In this document: piece after piece, positions 47,637-61,721 of the stretch
Numbering within the stretch: the first letter of the stretch is position 1
How the letters are laid out: the number at the start of each line of letters is the position of its first letter
Assembly: GCA_000182565.2 (NCBI GenBank)
Contig: KQ257459.1
Source of the DNA: Spizellomyces punctatus DAOM BR117
Taxonomy: Eukaryota
DNA length: 64,000 nucleotides
Reading direction: 5' to 3' (one strand)
Position numbers and translations under genes: made by a program
The notes under the pieces: model-generated
Seen by the model: only the letters and a program-made list of their open reading frames with translations
Databases searched by the model: none
Told to the model about the DNA's origin: nothing

Positions 47637-48428
47637 AAGGTTCTGCGTGGGGTTTGTGTATATATATAATGTTACGTCTGCAACGTTTTTGCCTTTGAAA
47701 AGATATAGCAGCTGTGCTTGACAGAAACGCCAGAGACACTTGTGACTGATTTAATGATAGCCGCTTAAAAGGACACTGCCGCTCCTTTATCCAATGGTAG
47801 GATATGCTTTCTACAAGTGGACACGGAAAGCTACAGGCGTGAAGAATAGCGGTTGGACTAGTCTCGCTCAGCTACGCCAGTTCAGTTGATAAAGGCTCTC
47901 AGTTTCTAGCGGGCGGTTGAGGTAGACGGCCATGTTCACACTATGGTCACAGCATCACCCGACCAAGCTGCTTCTTGTGGACAACTCGATGCATTAATGT
48001 CGTTTGCTATTCAATATTACAGAGAGGTGGGCCACACGAGAGTTAGCGAGTATTACCCCTTGTGAAGTATTAAATCTTTGGAGTGGAGGTAACTTTTTAA
48101 ACTGAGGAAGAGGGAGGAAAAGGAGGGCGGGCGGCACCTGGCAGACTTCAAGAGGAGGGGATAGTATTTTTGTTGAGCCAGAAATTATATAAGCATGGTT
48201 ACTGAAAAAAGTGGAGTTCAAGCTATTGGCTGTTTGACAGTTTGACAGTAGAAAGATTTGTGACGGCAATATCTATAGGCATTCATTTTCCTGGGACTGA
48301 TCAGAAGGTTCGGATAATGTAAAATTGTGAACTGCAGACGTTGCCTAATAAGATTCAAGACGGTGACGTTGGTATAAAATACTATTCGAAACCACACAAG
48401 TCATAAAGAATGCATCCAATCAAGAACC

Positions 48429-50817
48429 TCAGGCAGAGCAAGCAGCATCTCCAGGCGCCATGCAAAGCATGTATCTATCAAAAAATGCCTGGTAACTCTC
48501 GGTCATATTCAATTCCATCGTCCACTTGACGTCGTAGGCTTCTGTCCGTTCCGCCTTTGGCGAGACATCAGGTGCATGAGCATAGTACGTGCTTTGATCC
48601 GTGTTTACGGGTGCAAGGTTGGGGGACTTTAGATTAAACCGCATGCGCTGCATGAGGATATCCATATCGTGGGCAATACCATCAACGGCCTGGCGAGGGG
48701 TATACCCAACAGCGCGACCCTCTTCTGTGCCGTTGGCCCATACCATGGCTTTGGCCAAGTTCGGAGCCCATACTTGCGCCAGAGCGGGATAGTGAGGAAC
48801 ATTTGTGCCAGTGTCTGGACGTGATAGTGGCAGGTTAAATAACAGTAATGGTTTGAGGTTGCGTAGGCAGTGGTGACGTACCTGTCCATAAATGTCTCAA
48901 TGGACTACGATAGAACTCAACGAGGCCGCCCCAGAATTTGATACGGTCGCTCACGTAGTTGGCATTGATAGCTATAAAGTCAAACAACAGCAAAAGTAGT
49001 TTAAGAGTTTTATCACAAGTAGCCAAAGTGTGAAAATAATCAACGTACTCGACTTTCGGATGGGCGTTCCAGCAACGATGAACCTCTTCAAATCCACAGT
49101 CTTTGAAACGCAAAACTGTGCCCACAACCATGCAGCCTCCAACTGTTTTCCCTTTGTCGTTTTTGGAATACTCCATGCACCACTGTCTTGGTATCCAACT
49201 TTCATGCCGCGATCCCAGTATCGTCCCACAGGGGACGGGGCAACTCTCCACCTCAATTCGCCATTGGAGTTGACGACGGGGGAGGAAATGGATTTATAAT
49301 AGTCTTTGGCGAGGTCGGGAGTGTATTCAAAGATCATTTGGGCAATGTCCCCTCGTGCGGGCTTGGAGCCCGCTGTGAGAAAGTCCCAGTCCAAGGCAGC
49401 AGAAGGAGCGTAGTTGAACATCCATTCAATAGAGCGATTGAGACCGTATTCGGCTGCATATGAGTTCATTGCACCTATAAAAAAGACAAAGGAAAGGTGC
49501 ATTACGCTCCATATCTTCATTATGGGACAATGATGCAAACTAACTTACCACCGCGTTCGACAGAAGCACCGATGGGAACATGATTCACCACCTTGATACC
49601 CCAGTCATCGACACCGGTTCCGTTTACTCCACCATTTGGCAACCCTTTATCATCACTTCCGGCCATTGAAAACCAGGCATCCGTATACCTCCAGCTCATT
49701 GCAGCAGGGCCACCATAAAACGAGGTCAAGTATTTCCATCCGAGCTTTCCGTCCAGGATCTGGAGAGTAGACATGGCACCATAGTCGGCGTGTCCGTAGA
49801 CTGAACGAGCACCATCCCATCCAACCGGGGGCGTATCGCTTGGACGAATGCATTTAGGAATGAGATCGTCGCTATTCAGGAAGCGGCAGCGGTGGCGAAA
49901 CATTTCGGCAATGTCCTCGTAGCTTTTCCAGGTACGGGGGACACCAAGGGTATAGCCGTACGTATCGTTGAAGACGTTCTTGATATCTGGGAATGAAAGT
50001 TAGTTAGGATTACATCTTGCAGGTACGAAAGGGATCATTTCTTGCTCACCGGTATCCGTAAACCAATCATACCGATAAAAGTACAAGTTAACAAACTGCT
50101 GATCCGTCAATTGAATAATATTCCCGTCCAAATCCGAGCCAAAGTAAATGTTCATCCAATCGTTCAAATCAAGGTTGGTCATGTTGGTGACTGGGGCGAG
50201 GAGTGGGTTCATTTCGTAGATTGGGTCACCGTTGCCGTCCACTCCGATTTTGTTGGCGATCGTGTGCAGACGTTGTGAACGGAGATGAAAGCCGTTCGAG
50301 TCGGCATCATGAACTGGTTGAGTAAAAGAACATCGTAAGACTCTTGTATGGATGAAGGTTACTTGGGCAAACACTTACCATAAATGTCAAAGTATCGTTT
50401 TCCTGTACGGATTTGCTCTGTGATGGTGCTCACAAGATTCTACATAAAAGCGCGGTCAATCAAAGGATATCCACCAAGACCAAGCTACACGAAGCATAAA
50501 CTTACTCCTTCATCCATAATAACATGATTGACTTTGATGCCTGTTATATCGCTGAAAGCTCTTGCAAGAGTATCACTTTCATAACTGTGGATTGTGATAC
50601 TCTCGGCGGTTGATTGGACGGTGACACCCTGCAAACCGCGCTCTGCTGCGACGCGCTGAAACCATTCCAGTTCGCTGCGTTGTTGGTCAACGGAGAGGAC
50701 AGATGGACGGAATTCCTCGAGCCATTTTGAGATCACATCTTGGCCAGCAGCATGAGTTGAGGGTGTAGAAAGGAGAAGGGAGGTGGTGAAGAGGCCCAGG
50801 AGCGGTAGGGTATACAT
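48429..50817 (-). CDS. Secreted bacterial-type extracellular solute-binding protein (family 1, GlpV/glycerol-ABC-SBP-like), intron-containing
   Basis: Signal peptide MYTLPLLGLFTTSLLLSTPSTHA. EFRPSVLSVDQQRSELEWF, SYESDTLARAFSDITGIKVNH, DQQFVNLYFYRYDWF, WRYTDAWFSMAG, WRVAPSPVGRYW..GMKVGYQDSGAW and AAWLWAQF resemble proteobacterial carbohydrate ABC SBPs. About six GT-AG introns. Confidence 0.85.
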
Positions 50818-52291
50818 TGGATCAAACTTGTGCTTTTGTTGCCTTGGGTATAGTTTTTTCTACGGTGTTGCAATAAACACCTTGTCGTCAAACTCTACTG
50901 GAGAACTTGCGTTCCTTTTTATTCCACTTGGGGACACTACTTGTTTTGGTCTATCCCTGCTGGAGACGCTCGCTTGATTAGTGTTAGATCCAAATAAGTT
51001 TGCTTGCAGAATGCCACACACTCCGACAATGCTTGTGATGAGATCCCCAGCTGACTTTGACATCTTACTCAAGAATCATTGCAGATGTATTTGTTATGTT
51101 CCCCGTTTGAATGAAAGGAGAACAAAGCAAACTGCCTCCCAATAACGAAGCATCCAGAACATACACCCAAGTTTCCTTTCAAAAATGCATTCTCGTCGCC
51201 ACGCCTTTGTGTGCAAACAACTTCAAATGTCAGAAAATAGGGACCAAAGGGATTGTAGCTTCTTTTTTCCTTACATTCTGGATCATCTTTGTCGCCTCAA
51301 TGTTATTTGCATCTTGCCTCCCATATACCTGCCAACAAGTAATCCTGGGGGACATTAGGGACGCGCCAGAAACCTTCAAAACAAAACAAAACCTAGCTAA
51401 CAACAGGATGTCCGACAAACAAACAGCACCCTTCCATACCGAACTCAATGAAGTATACTAGGGTTATAACGGAGGGTGGCTAGCTACACCATGGGGGTTT
51501 CTGTTTGTGCAGCCAAGTTTATTAAACCGATGTTAATGGCGGACTTTCTTTTTGTAGACAGCACCTTGGTGTCTTTACAAAGAGCGCCAGACAATACAGC
51601 AAGAATACCAAGAGAACCAAGAGATCACTAACAAAAATGTTTTTATTTTTCGTTTGGGTTTTGGAGCGAAATTGGGGGACTTGCACTCAGCGGGCGTTTC
51701 GTCATCTGGAAGGCGCTTCATTTGAAAAGCTGGCGCCTGTTTGACAGGTTGCTTCTACCAAATACAAGACACTCCCAACAAATGTTCGGAGTAAGTGGTC
51801 CGACATATCTTGGTTGAAGGATTGACCAAACAGCACAGTAGGCCCCACTACTAGGTGATGAGCCACTGGATGATATAGGGACTTGTTTGCTTGTTCAATT
51901 CCAGAACAAGGGCCGCCTTCTCACATTTCTAAACCAGAAACCTTCAAGTCGTCCTCACATGACGATCGAAAGATGGAAACGAACAAGAGGCGCCAATTGA
52001 ACAATGAAAAAAACATCAGACCACTTTAGTTTATTTTTCAAGGTTGTCTCCCTGAGGCATCCATACAAAGAAAAACTGTCACCCACAAGCCTCACACAAC
52101 AAGATGCTCCAAGCTGTCCAGCGTATCAGATCTCGCCGAATGCGCCGAATGTAGGAATAGTGGGTGTTATTTAGCTTAATGCCTACACTCGTCTCCCTCC
52201 ATGTCACAAAATTAAAGATTGTTATACCTAAAGTTCAATCGCGTACAATTCAATATCCAATAAGTCAGCAAGAGAAAAAGTAGTCAGCGAG

Positions 52292-55200
52292 ATGTACGGT
52301 CGTATATATCTCGCGGCGGCATTATGGGCACTGGTGCTCCAAAGCGCCGTGGTGCAAATCACGGCTATTCAGCTCTCCTTTTCAGCGTTCAATGAGACTG
52401 CTGGCGATTGGGTCGCCCCGAGGGAGGGCCATGGAATGGTGACGTTGAATCACTCGGTCATTGCGCTGTTTGGTAGGTTCTTTGACCAGTTACGGATTTT
52501 TGGATTCTTGCAATGGCTTGGTTTATTCATCCACTTTTTCGTCTCGCTTCTTAGGGGGCCAGGAAGATAGGTAATGAATGCAGGAAGTTAACAGCCCACC
52601 GAATGCTAAACTAACAATCATCACTTTCAATAGATACATGATGAGCAATGATCTTTTCTTCTTCTACCCCAACTTGGGAACTCACGGAACATGGAAATCC
52701 ATTAACGCAGATCTAACTGGGCCTCTTCCTCCGCCACGATATCACCCAGCCCTAACCGCTGCGGGAAAATCCGACAGCATTCTTGTTCTTCACGGCGGCA
52801 TGAGCGAGGATCTCTCTGCATTGGACGATGTCTGGATTCTAGACACGAGTAAGAGGCCCATGGGATGGCAATCTGTCAATGGATCGGTCGGAGCCCGCTG
52901 GGGACATTCGCTGACAACCGTTTCAGAGGATCTGGTTGTGTTGTTTGGTAAGTGTTTGAAGATTGCCGGTCTCACCTTCGCTCACACATCTTTACGTACT
53001 AGGTGGGTACGACGGGACTTCCTTCTACAACGACATCCGAGCTTTCAACCTGACCACAAAGCAATGGCACACTCCCACAACTCTCAGCGCCAAGCCTTTT
53101 GCACGGGCTTGGCATACAGCCTCCTGGGTTGCCTCGCAAGGAGCACTGATCGTTGTGGGCGGACAAGGACAGGACTGGATGCGGATGGTGGATGTGAATC
53201 ATATTGTGCCAAAAACAAAGGAGTGGGTGGCAATGAACGTGGTCTTTCCGAACTTGGCCGGATCGGTAAGAACATATCCGGAAATGCGTGCGTAAAATTG
53301 GTTGTAAACAGTTTGTTTTTCTGCTTGAAGGAAACACCTGGACCACGGTGCGAACACTACGCGTTTCCGTACTTTGACAGTATCGTTCTTGGAGGAGGTG
53401 TCTCAAACGTTGATCCTGACCCTAGAAAATGTAAGTTACCGGCCACTCCCTTCCTATCGAATGTCTTCCTCACTCACAAAACGACCACCAGATCGCGTCT
53501 TCAAAACCGATCACTGGCTCTACAACGTCACCACCCAAACTTTCTCCCATCTGTCCATTGACAATGTCCAAGAAATTGACAGCAACGATATCGTTCCCGT
53601 CGCACGCCACAATGATCCCGTTACGACTCCTTCTATGGCTGCCAAGGCTAGTCGTGTTGGAACGTCGTTGTTCGTGGTGGGTGGAATGGATAAGTTCTGG
53701 TTGCAGATGGATACGGGTGAGTTATGTCTTTGGTGGTTTTCGTCAAGTAACATAGATAACTGATACGTGTATATTCCCTCTCATCAGTGGCACATCTTTC
53801 CCTTGGATCTGATAGCTGCGAGCCCGGGACAGTGTACGTAAACGCAACAAAAACCTGCGAAGCCTGCCCACCAGGGTCATTCAGTTTCACAGCTGGCGCA
53901 ACCCAGTGTCAACACGCGCCAGCAGGGTACGTTGTAAAACTCAACGGAGGATGGGAACCTGAGGCATGGTGTGTACCATTTGCTTGTGATCATGGATTTC
54001 TTGAACGTGCCTCATCCATGATATGTTGAACATTGTAGCCCAGCTGGAACATTTGCATCGGATACGGGGTCCGTCAGCTGTGTTCCCTGCGCAGCAGAAA
54101 CTTACTCTGATCCTGCAAGTTCCACCTGTAAAGCTTGCCCAACTGGGACAACCACCAACGGGCAGACCGGCGCTGCACAATGCACTTTCGTGAACATCGT
54201 GTACAATGAAAGGGAGGTGGACCAGACGGTTCGCTTGGCTATGACGGTCATTGCAGCGTTATTGGCAACTCTGTCTGCTGTAATTGGGGTCGTAGCCTTT
54301 GTTCAGAGGAAGTCAAAGGTGTTTATTGCCGCTTCTCCGACATTCTTGTACTTGATTGCTCTCGGGGCCGTATTATCGTACCTTGCGGTGCCGGTCAGAT
54401 TCTCGGTCTCGTCCCTGTCGTGCATGGCGTCCGAGTGGTTAAACCATATCGGATTTGGGCTCTTGTTTGGAAGTAAGTTTTTGGAGATAGATTCCGCCTT
54501 TTTGTTCTCCGCTAATGTCAACTCTGTAAACCTCAAGGTCTCTTATTCAAAGCCTACCGCGTCGGCCTCATCTTCAAATCAAAACCTCACAAGCTCATGT
54601 CCCGTTCGCCACTCACGGACCGTAAGCTCCTCATGTACCTCTCTATACTTGTTTCCGTCCTCGTTTGCTACCTCATCGTCTGGACCATCGTTTCTCCCGT
54701 TCGGGTGGACATCATCTCGCAAACTATCGACATCTCTCACGTGGACGAATATCTGGCATGCGAGCAGGGGAAAATTCAGCTGGGAATACTGGGAGTCGAG
54801 CTAGCAATTCTACTTTGGGGAGTTTATGTCGCCCTCCGTATGCGAGGAACTCCATCCGCGTATAACGAAGCACAGTATATCGGGCTTAGTATTTACAACT
54901 TTTTGTTTGTGTGCACTTCGCTAGAGGTTTTACAGAGAACGGTTGTCACAGGTGCCAGTAAGTATTCCTTCTCAGCCAAATAACTTGGACAGGATCTATT
55001 GACTGACTCCTCACCTTTGCACTAATAGATATAGGCTTCATACTCTACTCGGTCCGTATCTTTGTCTCTGTCACAGGAGTTATTGGCCTCATTTTCGGGC
55101 CCAAACTGGTCAAAGTCGGCTTCAACCTATCGGGAAGTAGCACCAAAGGAAGCGACAGTGACGACAATAGCGATTCGGAACCATCGGTTTCCAAAGCTTT

Positions 55201-55384
55201 TGGAGGCCCCAGTACGATTCTGCGATCGGGTGGCAATCCTGTTGGTTTGACCCGGTCAACGACAAGTGGCGGCGCAGCTCCAAACGAATCGTTGAACAGG
55301 CATGGGGGTTCCGCCAATGTTGGTTCCGTTCTTCCGGCTGGAGCGATGAAAAGTGCCGCGATATCCTCTCAAGAGGTTTCCTAG
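52292..55384 (+). CDS. Class C (GABA-B-like, 7tm_3) GPCR with N-terminal Kelch repeats and Cys-rich GCC2/GCC3-type stalk
   Basis: Signal peptide; Kelch-type motifs (PREGHGM, PPRYHPA…LHGG…DDVW, ARWGHS…LFG|GYDG, ARAWHTA…VGG); CEPGT…CEACPPGSFS repeats; 7tm_3 motifs AASPTFLYLI, IGFGLLFG|LLFKAYRV, LTDRKLL, PSAYNEAQYIGLSIYN, FGPK; stop 55382-55384. Confidence 0.85.
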
Positions 55385-56098
55385 ATAAGGATGCAATAAG
55401 TAAAAGTTACACGGCCGTTGCGCCTACTTTGTGGTAAACGTCAGAATATATACCCAGTTTTCTATCTATCCTGTTTTCTTGTTACAGAGGTCGACTTGTT
55501 ATCCTTAAATGCAGGCAAACCTGGCAAATGTCCAGATTCAAGCAAACCGGTATAAAAATACGCAAAGGACATGTGAGTCATTAGCAAAATTTATTGACTA
55601 ATTACTATAAAGTTAAAATAATGGTAAATCCAACGCGAGGCCGAGAGAAATAATGCAGGGACGAATAACGTCGGCGATGCCTCTGGGATGATATTATTGG
55701 GGCTGGTGATGGACGATATAAGGGAATTACAGTAAAGGGAAAACAACAATGTTACTGGGCTGACCACCAGGTTCGCTAACCTAACTTCAAAATGGATGAT
55801 ACTGAAAAACATTGAGTCTCGGAAGGCACTACAAAAAGAAACGTAACTGCAAGAGTGCTAGTCTTTAAGGCAACCGTTTGTGACTTTCAATTCCATTTCC
55901 CCGCCAAAGGTATGAAATTGTGTCAGAACGAACGCTTGCAAGAAAAGAGGAAACTCTCAAAATGCAACACCAAAATGGAATGATTTGCATCTACTTTATT
56001 CTTGTCAAATTAAAGATTTTGTCAAGCAATTTTCGAGCAACTAAATGAGCAATGACATTTTGTATAATTTCGAGATCATAACCTCTCTCCACATCGAT

Positions 56099-56548
56099 TT
56101 AGAAAACCTTGGGTCTTTCCAACTTGTCAAACTGCACAACGACAAACGCACGTCAGTTTCAATAAAGCAGAAATACTACATGAGAACAAGTTATCGTTAC
56201 CTTTTGGTTCACAGCATACAATTTGAGGTTCTTGTCAGGCGTAACGTGGAGCCAAGGGTATGGGTTGCCCTTCTTGTTCGTTAGGACAACAGTGGGGTCA
56301 TTTCGCAGAAAATGCTACGTCGAAAGCGTCAGCTACTACCTGCAGGCAACTCTGCGCAGGCAACACACTACTCACCGTTACCATAAAGGCCCCAGCGCCC
56401 AATCCTGCGCCGACTGCGCCGACAAGAAGGACCAATGGTGGGTTTGCCTTGAGGTGAGCACCGATTCTGCTCATAACAATTCAGCCCAGTCCTTTATGTG
56501 GCTGTCAAGCGGGCAAGCGGCAAAGCGTGTGACTAATACATACCTCAT
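56099..56548 (-). CDS. NDUFA4/B12D-like (MLRQ) small mitochondrial membrane protein
   Basis: Spliced product RIGAHLKANPPLVLLVGAVGAGLGAGAFM…HFLRNDPTVVLTNKKGNPYPWLHVTPDKNLKLYAVNQK|FDKLERPKVF; TATA at ~56684; alternative start 56474. Confidence 0.8.
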
Positions 56549-57527
56549 GTCAGCAAACTGTGATATTTGAAAGGAATTCAAAGGGAGATCGAAGCGAAAT
56601 CGATGAGGAAAAAGCGGATGAAAAAACTCAACAAGAGGACGACGTGGTTGACCTCTGCTGGGGGGGAAGCGAAGCCATCTCCTTTTTATAAGCGACAACA
56701 ACACACACACTCACAACACACTAGAAATGGGAGAAGGGGGGCTGCTGATGAAATGTGTACCTGTGATTTTAAGCCCAAAAGGAAGCAGTTTGGAACACTA
56801 ATAACATGACTGTGCCACTGTTCACTTGAAGTGGGATATTTGTGGGGGGGACGAAACCTACACAACGCGCCTCCTCAAGCAGTCAGGTGGTGGTTGGAGA
56901 ATGGGACTGGAGGAGAGATGGGGGGGCAACAGGGGGAAAAGGCTTTTGGGATGTTAGCGATTTGTTTTGTTATTTTGCCTTTGTTTTGTTAAAAAGTAAA
57001 GGGAAAGTTTGGTTGATGGGGCGAAGCGCCTAAATATTGACGAAATCGTGAGCATCAACGCAATTTCAGTTTGGAGATTGGGGAAACAAGGCGTATAATA
57101 CGCAGGCTTTTGACATTGATCGTTCGCCTGCTGTTTGTAGCTAATGAGATTTGGCATTTGCTTCCGAATGGCGCGCGCTCGAACAGTGCTGCGCTTCAGA
57201 TCACAAAATTGCCTAGAATATCAAATACCATACTGGAGCTCCAACACCAAAAATGTCTTTGTGGTTCAAAAACATTGCGACTGTAGCCTTGAATGCGCAT
57301 TTTGCGCATTTGGCCTCCAATAACAACCCTTAGAAACTAGCTTCTTATGTGGTATTTATGTATTGACCATTTGACATTGCAAGCTTAAGCATGGGCAACC
57401 CATATAGCAGTCATGTCCGATAATCTACAGTAGGGTAGCGAGAGCACAAATGTGCATATGTCAACCTCAGGACTGGACCATATCAATTTTGAATTTAACT
57501 AAACCCCTACATACAGAGTACACCCCT

Positions 57528-60500
57528 CTATCCAGTAATGTGACTACCCTCTTTGATACTCTCCATCCATCCTCGAATGCCTTCATTACTTCCACGTATA
57601 TAAACAATACATTCCCGATCGCGCACTCTTAGTACAGCCTCGTGTTTCACCTTATCTTTTGATGAACTGACTGAATGTCCTGCCGTAAGTTCAATCATTT
57701 CAATACTATCCTCATCCCCTGGCACAATATTGATGCCTCGTACTAGGTCATGTTCGCCGTCTGAGCCAGCCTTTGCTCTACACCAGCACAGCACATCGGT
57801 AAAGAGGAAGAACCGAAACTCTTTACCAGCTGTACGTGTAAGTCGGAGTGCCGTCAGACCATCCTCATCTTTCGCGGATGTAGTGGTATCAGGTCCGCCT
57901 CCCTTCACACCAAATCTCGTTTCAATCAAATGTCCCACCACGTTCTGCTTGAAACGGTCTTTCTTCCCCCCACACGCTTGTAAAGCATCGACACGCATAC
58001 TTCCAGTTGCTGCACCGACAAACTCTACGCATTTGAGGACCCTTAAAACGCCCTCTCTTACAAATCGTCTTCCAGGCGGTACGTGCTTTACAGCATCCGC
58101 ACCCGAAGACCACGGGCGAACTCGTACCCTCAGCAAAACACCCAGACCCCGTTCCCTGGCCTCCCACTCTCGCTTTTTCTCATTGCATTCCTCCACCCGT
58201 CGCCTAATTTCCTCCCTCGCGCGTTTCAATTCCGCATAATCAGGATGCTCAGTGGGAGTACACTCCAAGAGTTCGTCTACCAGAAGCTTGTACCTTGGCA
58301 GTCGCTGTACAGGCAAGATGAGGAATGATTGAAGGCTGTTTTGAGTGTGCCGTGGGTCCTTTTTGGCTTCTTGCATGAACTCTCGAAATTGTTTAGCTCG
58401 TGCTTTGCTCGCGGCCCGTTGTGCAACAATTTGCATGTTTGTGGATGCTGCGCTTGACGCGGGAAGCGGGAAGGGGTTTGCCGGGCTGTTTGATGCAACT
58501 TGAGCTTCAAGGTGACATACAAACGTGTTTGCTGCGTCAAAGTTGTTATAGTAGGCCTGACAGTGGGAAATTGAATCAGCCAACGACCTCCATATTCGGA
58601 GCTGCATCGTATTCTTACCGAATACATGCGCAAGAAAGGTGCGCCAGCGAGAAAGACCGGACCGAGCTGCTGCTCTGGACTACTGCATTTCTTTTCCAGA
58701 TCCGGGAGCAAATGCCTATCCAGGTAGTGTCATCCGTTGTCAACATTTTCGTTGAAACAGCATAACATCTAGAATACTTACTCCTGGTGAAACAGCAAAA
58801 TACTTTTGACATTTGCAAACAATGCATTGTTCTCCTGCGCATTGAGAATTCCCCTCTCCTCGATCGGACGAATGTAAACATCTAATAGTGCTTCCAACTG
58901 CTCCACATATGTGCGCTCAGTGGTTAATATCTCCATCACTACTTTACGCCTTCGCTCTGGGGTTTGCTTCTTTCTTAATCGTTCAGCTTGCTTGGCGTCA
59001 TGCACTTGGTCTCCACCGGGATCTGGAGCAGTAGATTCACGAGGCTGCGTGAGAACCTCCACACTAGCGCCGTTGGCGCGTGGATCTAGGTCGTGTGCAT
59101 CCCGGAGGTAGTTAAGAAGCCGATGAAGATAGATGCGTGATGGTGACTCTGGCGTAGCAGCAAAATAGCAACCGGCCGAATCGGAGATGGCCTTTGGCTG
59201 TGTCGATGATTTGGAGAAAAATGAGGAGATACGATGTCTGTTCGATGCAACTTTCTTTTCCGTAATGCTTGCCGAAGATGTGAGGGTGCTTGGTATGGTC
59301 GCCGTGGGGGACTCACATGGCTCCAACGAAGAGGTTCGCGGCCCAATCATCAATTGAGGGAGGCTAGCTGAAGTTTTGCGTGAAGTTGGGGAGGATTCGC
59401 TTACGGAGCTTTTACGATTAACCTGTCCCGGCTCTGGTGCCATTTGCTGCACGTTAGTAGAGATGAACAGTATACTGGTGTAATAATGCCAATACCTGAG
59501 GAAGAAATTCTTGGTTTTCGCTTTCCAATTCGACCAAACAGCTTGGATTTCCCAATAGTTCCCGTTTCTCCAGGATCCAGCCCAACGTCCAGCTTCTCTC
59601 CATCCATAACGGCAGTTGCATCATCTTTGCTGAACTCATCCTTACTTGTCCCATCCCCGCCATTCACCGACAGTGGAGAAGTGGCCAGAACGCCGAATGC
59701 ACCAACCATACCCAGACGACTCCGAACACTGCCACTCGGAGTACGAAAGTTCCCATTCGGTGTTGCTCGTCCAGACATTCCCGTCTCACCGAATATGGCG
59801 GAAACATCGCACACGGACGGTCGATAGCTGGGATAACTGCTTCGATGACTTGGCGTGCTCCTCCAACTACCTGAGGGTGTTTCTTTTGGTGGAGACTTGA
59901 CCGCAAACAGTCCTTCAAGTTTCGCAAACTGGTCAGGTGTCAGTCCTCCTGGTGGTAAACTACGAATCCGCTTTCCACTTCGTATTGACCCTGGCGTACC
60001 AGGCCCAGTACTCTCATCATCATTCCACGTAGTGCTTCCTTGTGACCACGCGCTGTCATTCCTCTCGGGATCTTCAGTGGAACCTTGCCTGGGAGGTGGT
60101 ACCGAAAGACTTGTTTCCCTCTCAAGTTGTATGGCGGCGATAAGAGGTGTCACAAGCTTCATAAAGGACGGGTCAAATGGGTTACTGTCCACTTGAAGCG
60201 AGGTTAGCGATCCTTTCAGGACACCAATGGATGAAGGTAAGATACGTAGATTGTTGTGGGAGATGTCAATTGTAGCAAGGGAGCACATGCGGGAAAAGAT
60301 CGTTGGACCTACATTGAGGTGATGCAACAGTAAGTATACCGCTGTCACAAGATCCTGCTAAATCATTTGGAATTCTTACTTAAAGTTGCTATCCGATTTC
60401 TACTAAAATCGCAAACTTCCAGTTTGATGCACTGCTCAAATTCTGTGGGTACCACCTCCAACCGATTCTCTCGTACGTAAATCTCCTTCAAACTTGTCAA

Positions 60501-61721
60501 TAATCCAATCTCGGGAGGCAGTTCTTTCAGCAAATTCTGACTCATATCCAAAACCTGTAAATTGACGAGCATCCCCAGACAAGCACCAGGTATGGCCGTA
60601 ATCCAGTTGTTAACCATATGAAGTTCAACCAAGCCACCAAATCGATCGGATAGCCGTGGGAAATGAGATAGATTGCGCGACGAAACATCCAGAAACGGCT
60701 TGGTGTCATCGAAAGCTAGAGCACTTATATCGAATGGGATGCTCCGGCACGACGCACTGTCATCAGAATCGCAAGCAGCTAGGTGATCGATATCAATCGG
60801 TGCGTTTTCAGCCACTGCCCCCGCATGACTTAGAGAGCGACGCTGCGAGTATACATGGGACCTTCTACGAACGCGGGGAAGACCCAAATTCACGTTCAAC
60901 GTCGACTGATCTATGATGGAACTATTCGTGCTCGCCGTTGTTTCAACAGACCTGATCGAGCTTTTCGAGGATGAAGTTGAGCGTGGCCTGAACAGTCGTC
61001 GAAGGGATTGTCGGCTCTTGGGTGTTGGCAATGGTGGAGACGGGGGAGTTACCAGAACAGGTAAATGTGATTGGGAGGTTTCAGCAGCAGCAGCAAATGC
61101 TTTGGACATTGCTTCGTCATGGTGCGTTGGGTATAAGAGTTCATCCAGGTTGGTGGTGGATACGGGTAAGGAACAGTTGTGTGTTTCCTCGCCGCCCGTA
61201 CTGCTTTCATATAAACCGTGATCGGATTCCTTATGATTTGAGGTAGCACGTTCATTAGACGCAGCCTTGGAACCAGTACGTACTGGAAGCAATTCAGATA
61301 GTAGTTCACTAGAATTAGTCGCCCCGGAAACATCTCTTGCGATGTCATGGCAGGCGGAGTGAAGTCCATTATCCGTGAAGAAATCAGTAATATCGATCGA
61401 TCCAACATCGCCGATGGACGAGGCTTCGTCACCACTATGATAATGAGGATCCAGAAGGCAGGAGTGGCCAGCATTGAGCATGGTGCCGCAGTAGAATTTC
61501 CCACACATCCTGTCGCCTTCCAGTACATTTCGGTCATCTGCTGCGTCCATCGTAACTTGCACGGCGGTTTTTTTCGATATGGTGACGGGTGATGGAGTCT
61601 GGGCAGCAGACAACAACGTATTTAACGCAGTAGTTTCATCAAATTTGCTATCTCTCTTATTTTCCCACTTGTCTCTTTTTGCTCGAGTACTACCAAATAA
61701 CATTGTTTGATCTTCAGTCAT
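57528..61721 (-). CDS. LRR + RhoGEF (DH) + PH domain protein
   Basis: LRRs (LQVLDMSQNLLKELPPEIGLL); DH domain (RRKVVMEILTTERTYVEQL, LQSFLILPVQRLPRYKLL); PH-like RRFVREG…FFLFTDVL; several introns. Confidence 0.9.

Noticed and set aside
57730-60196. Antisense ORFs overlapping long genes here and elsewhere in the window
   Set aside because: Shadow ORFs of genuine coding strands.
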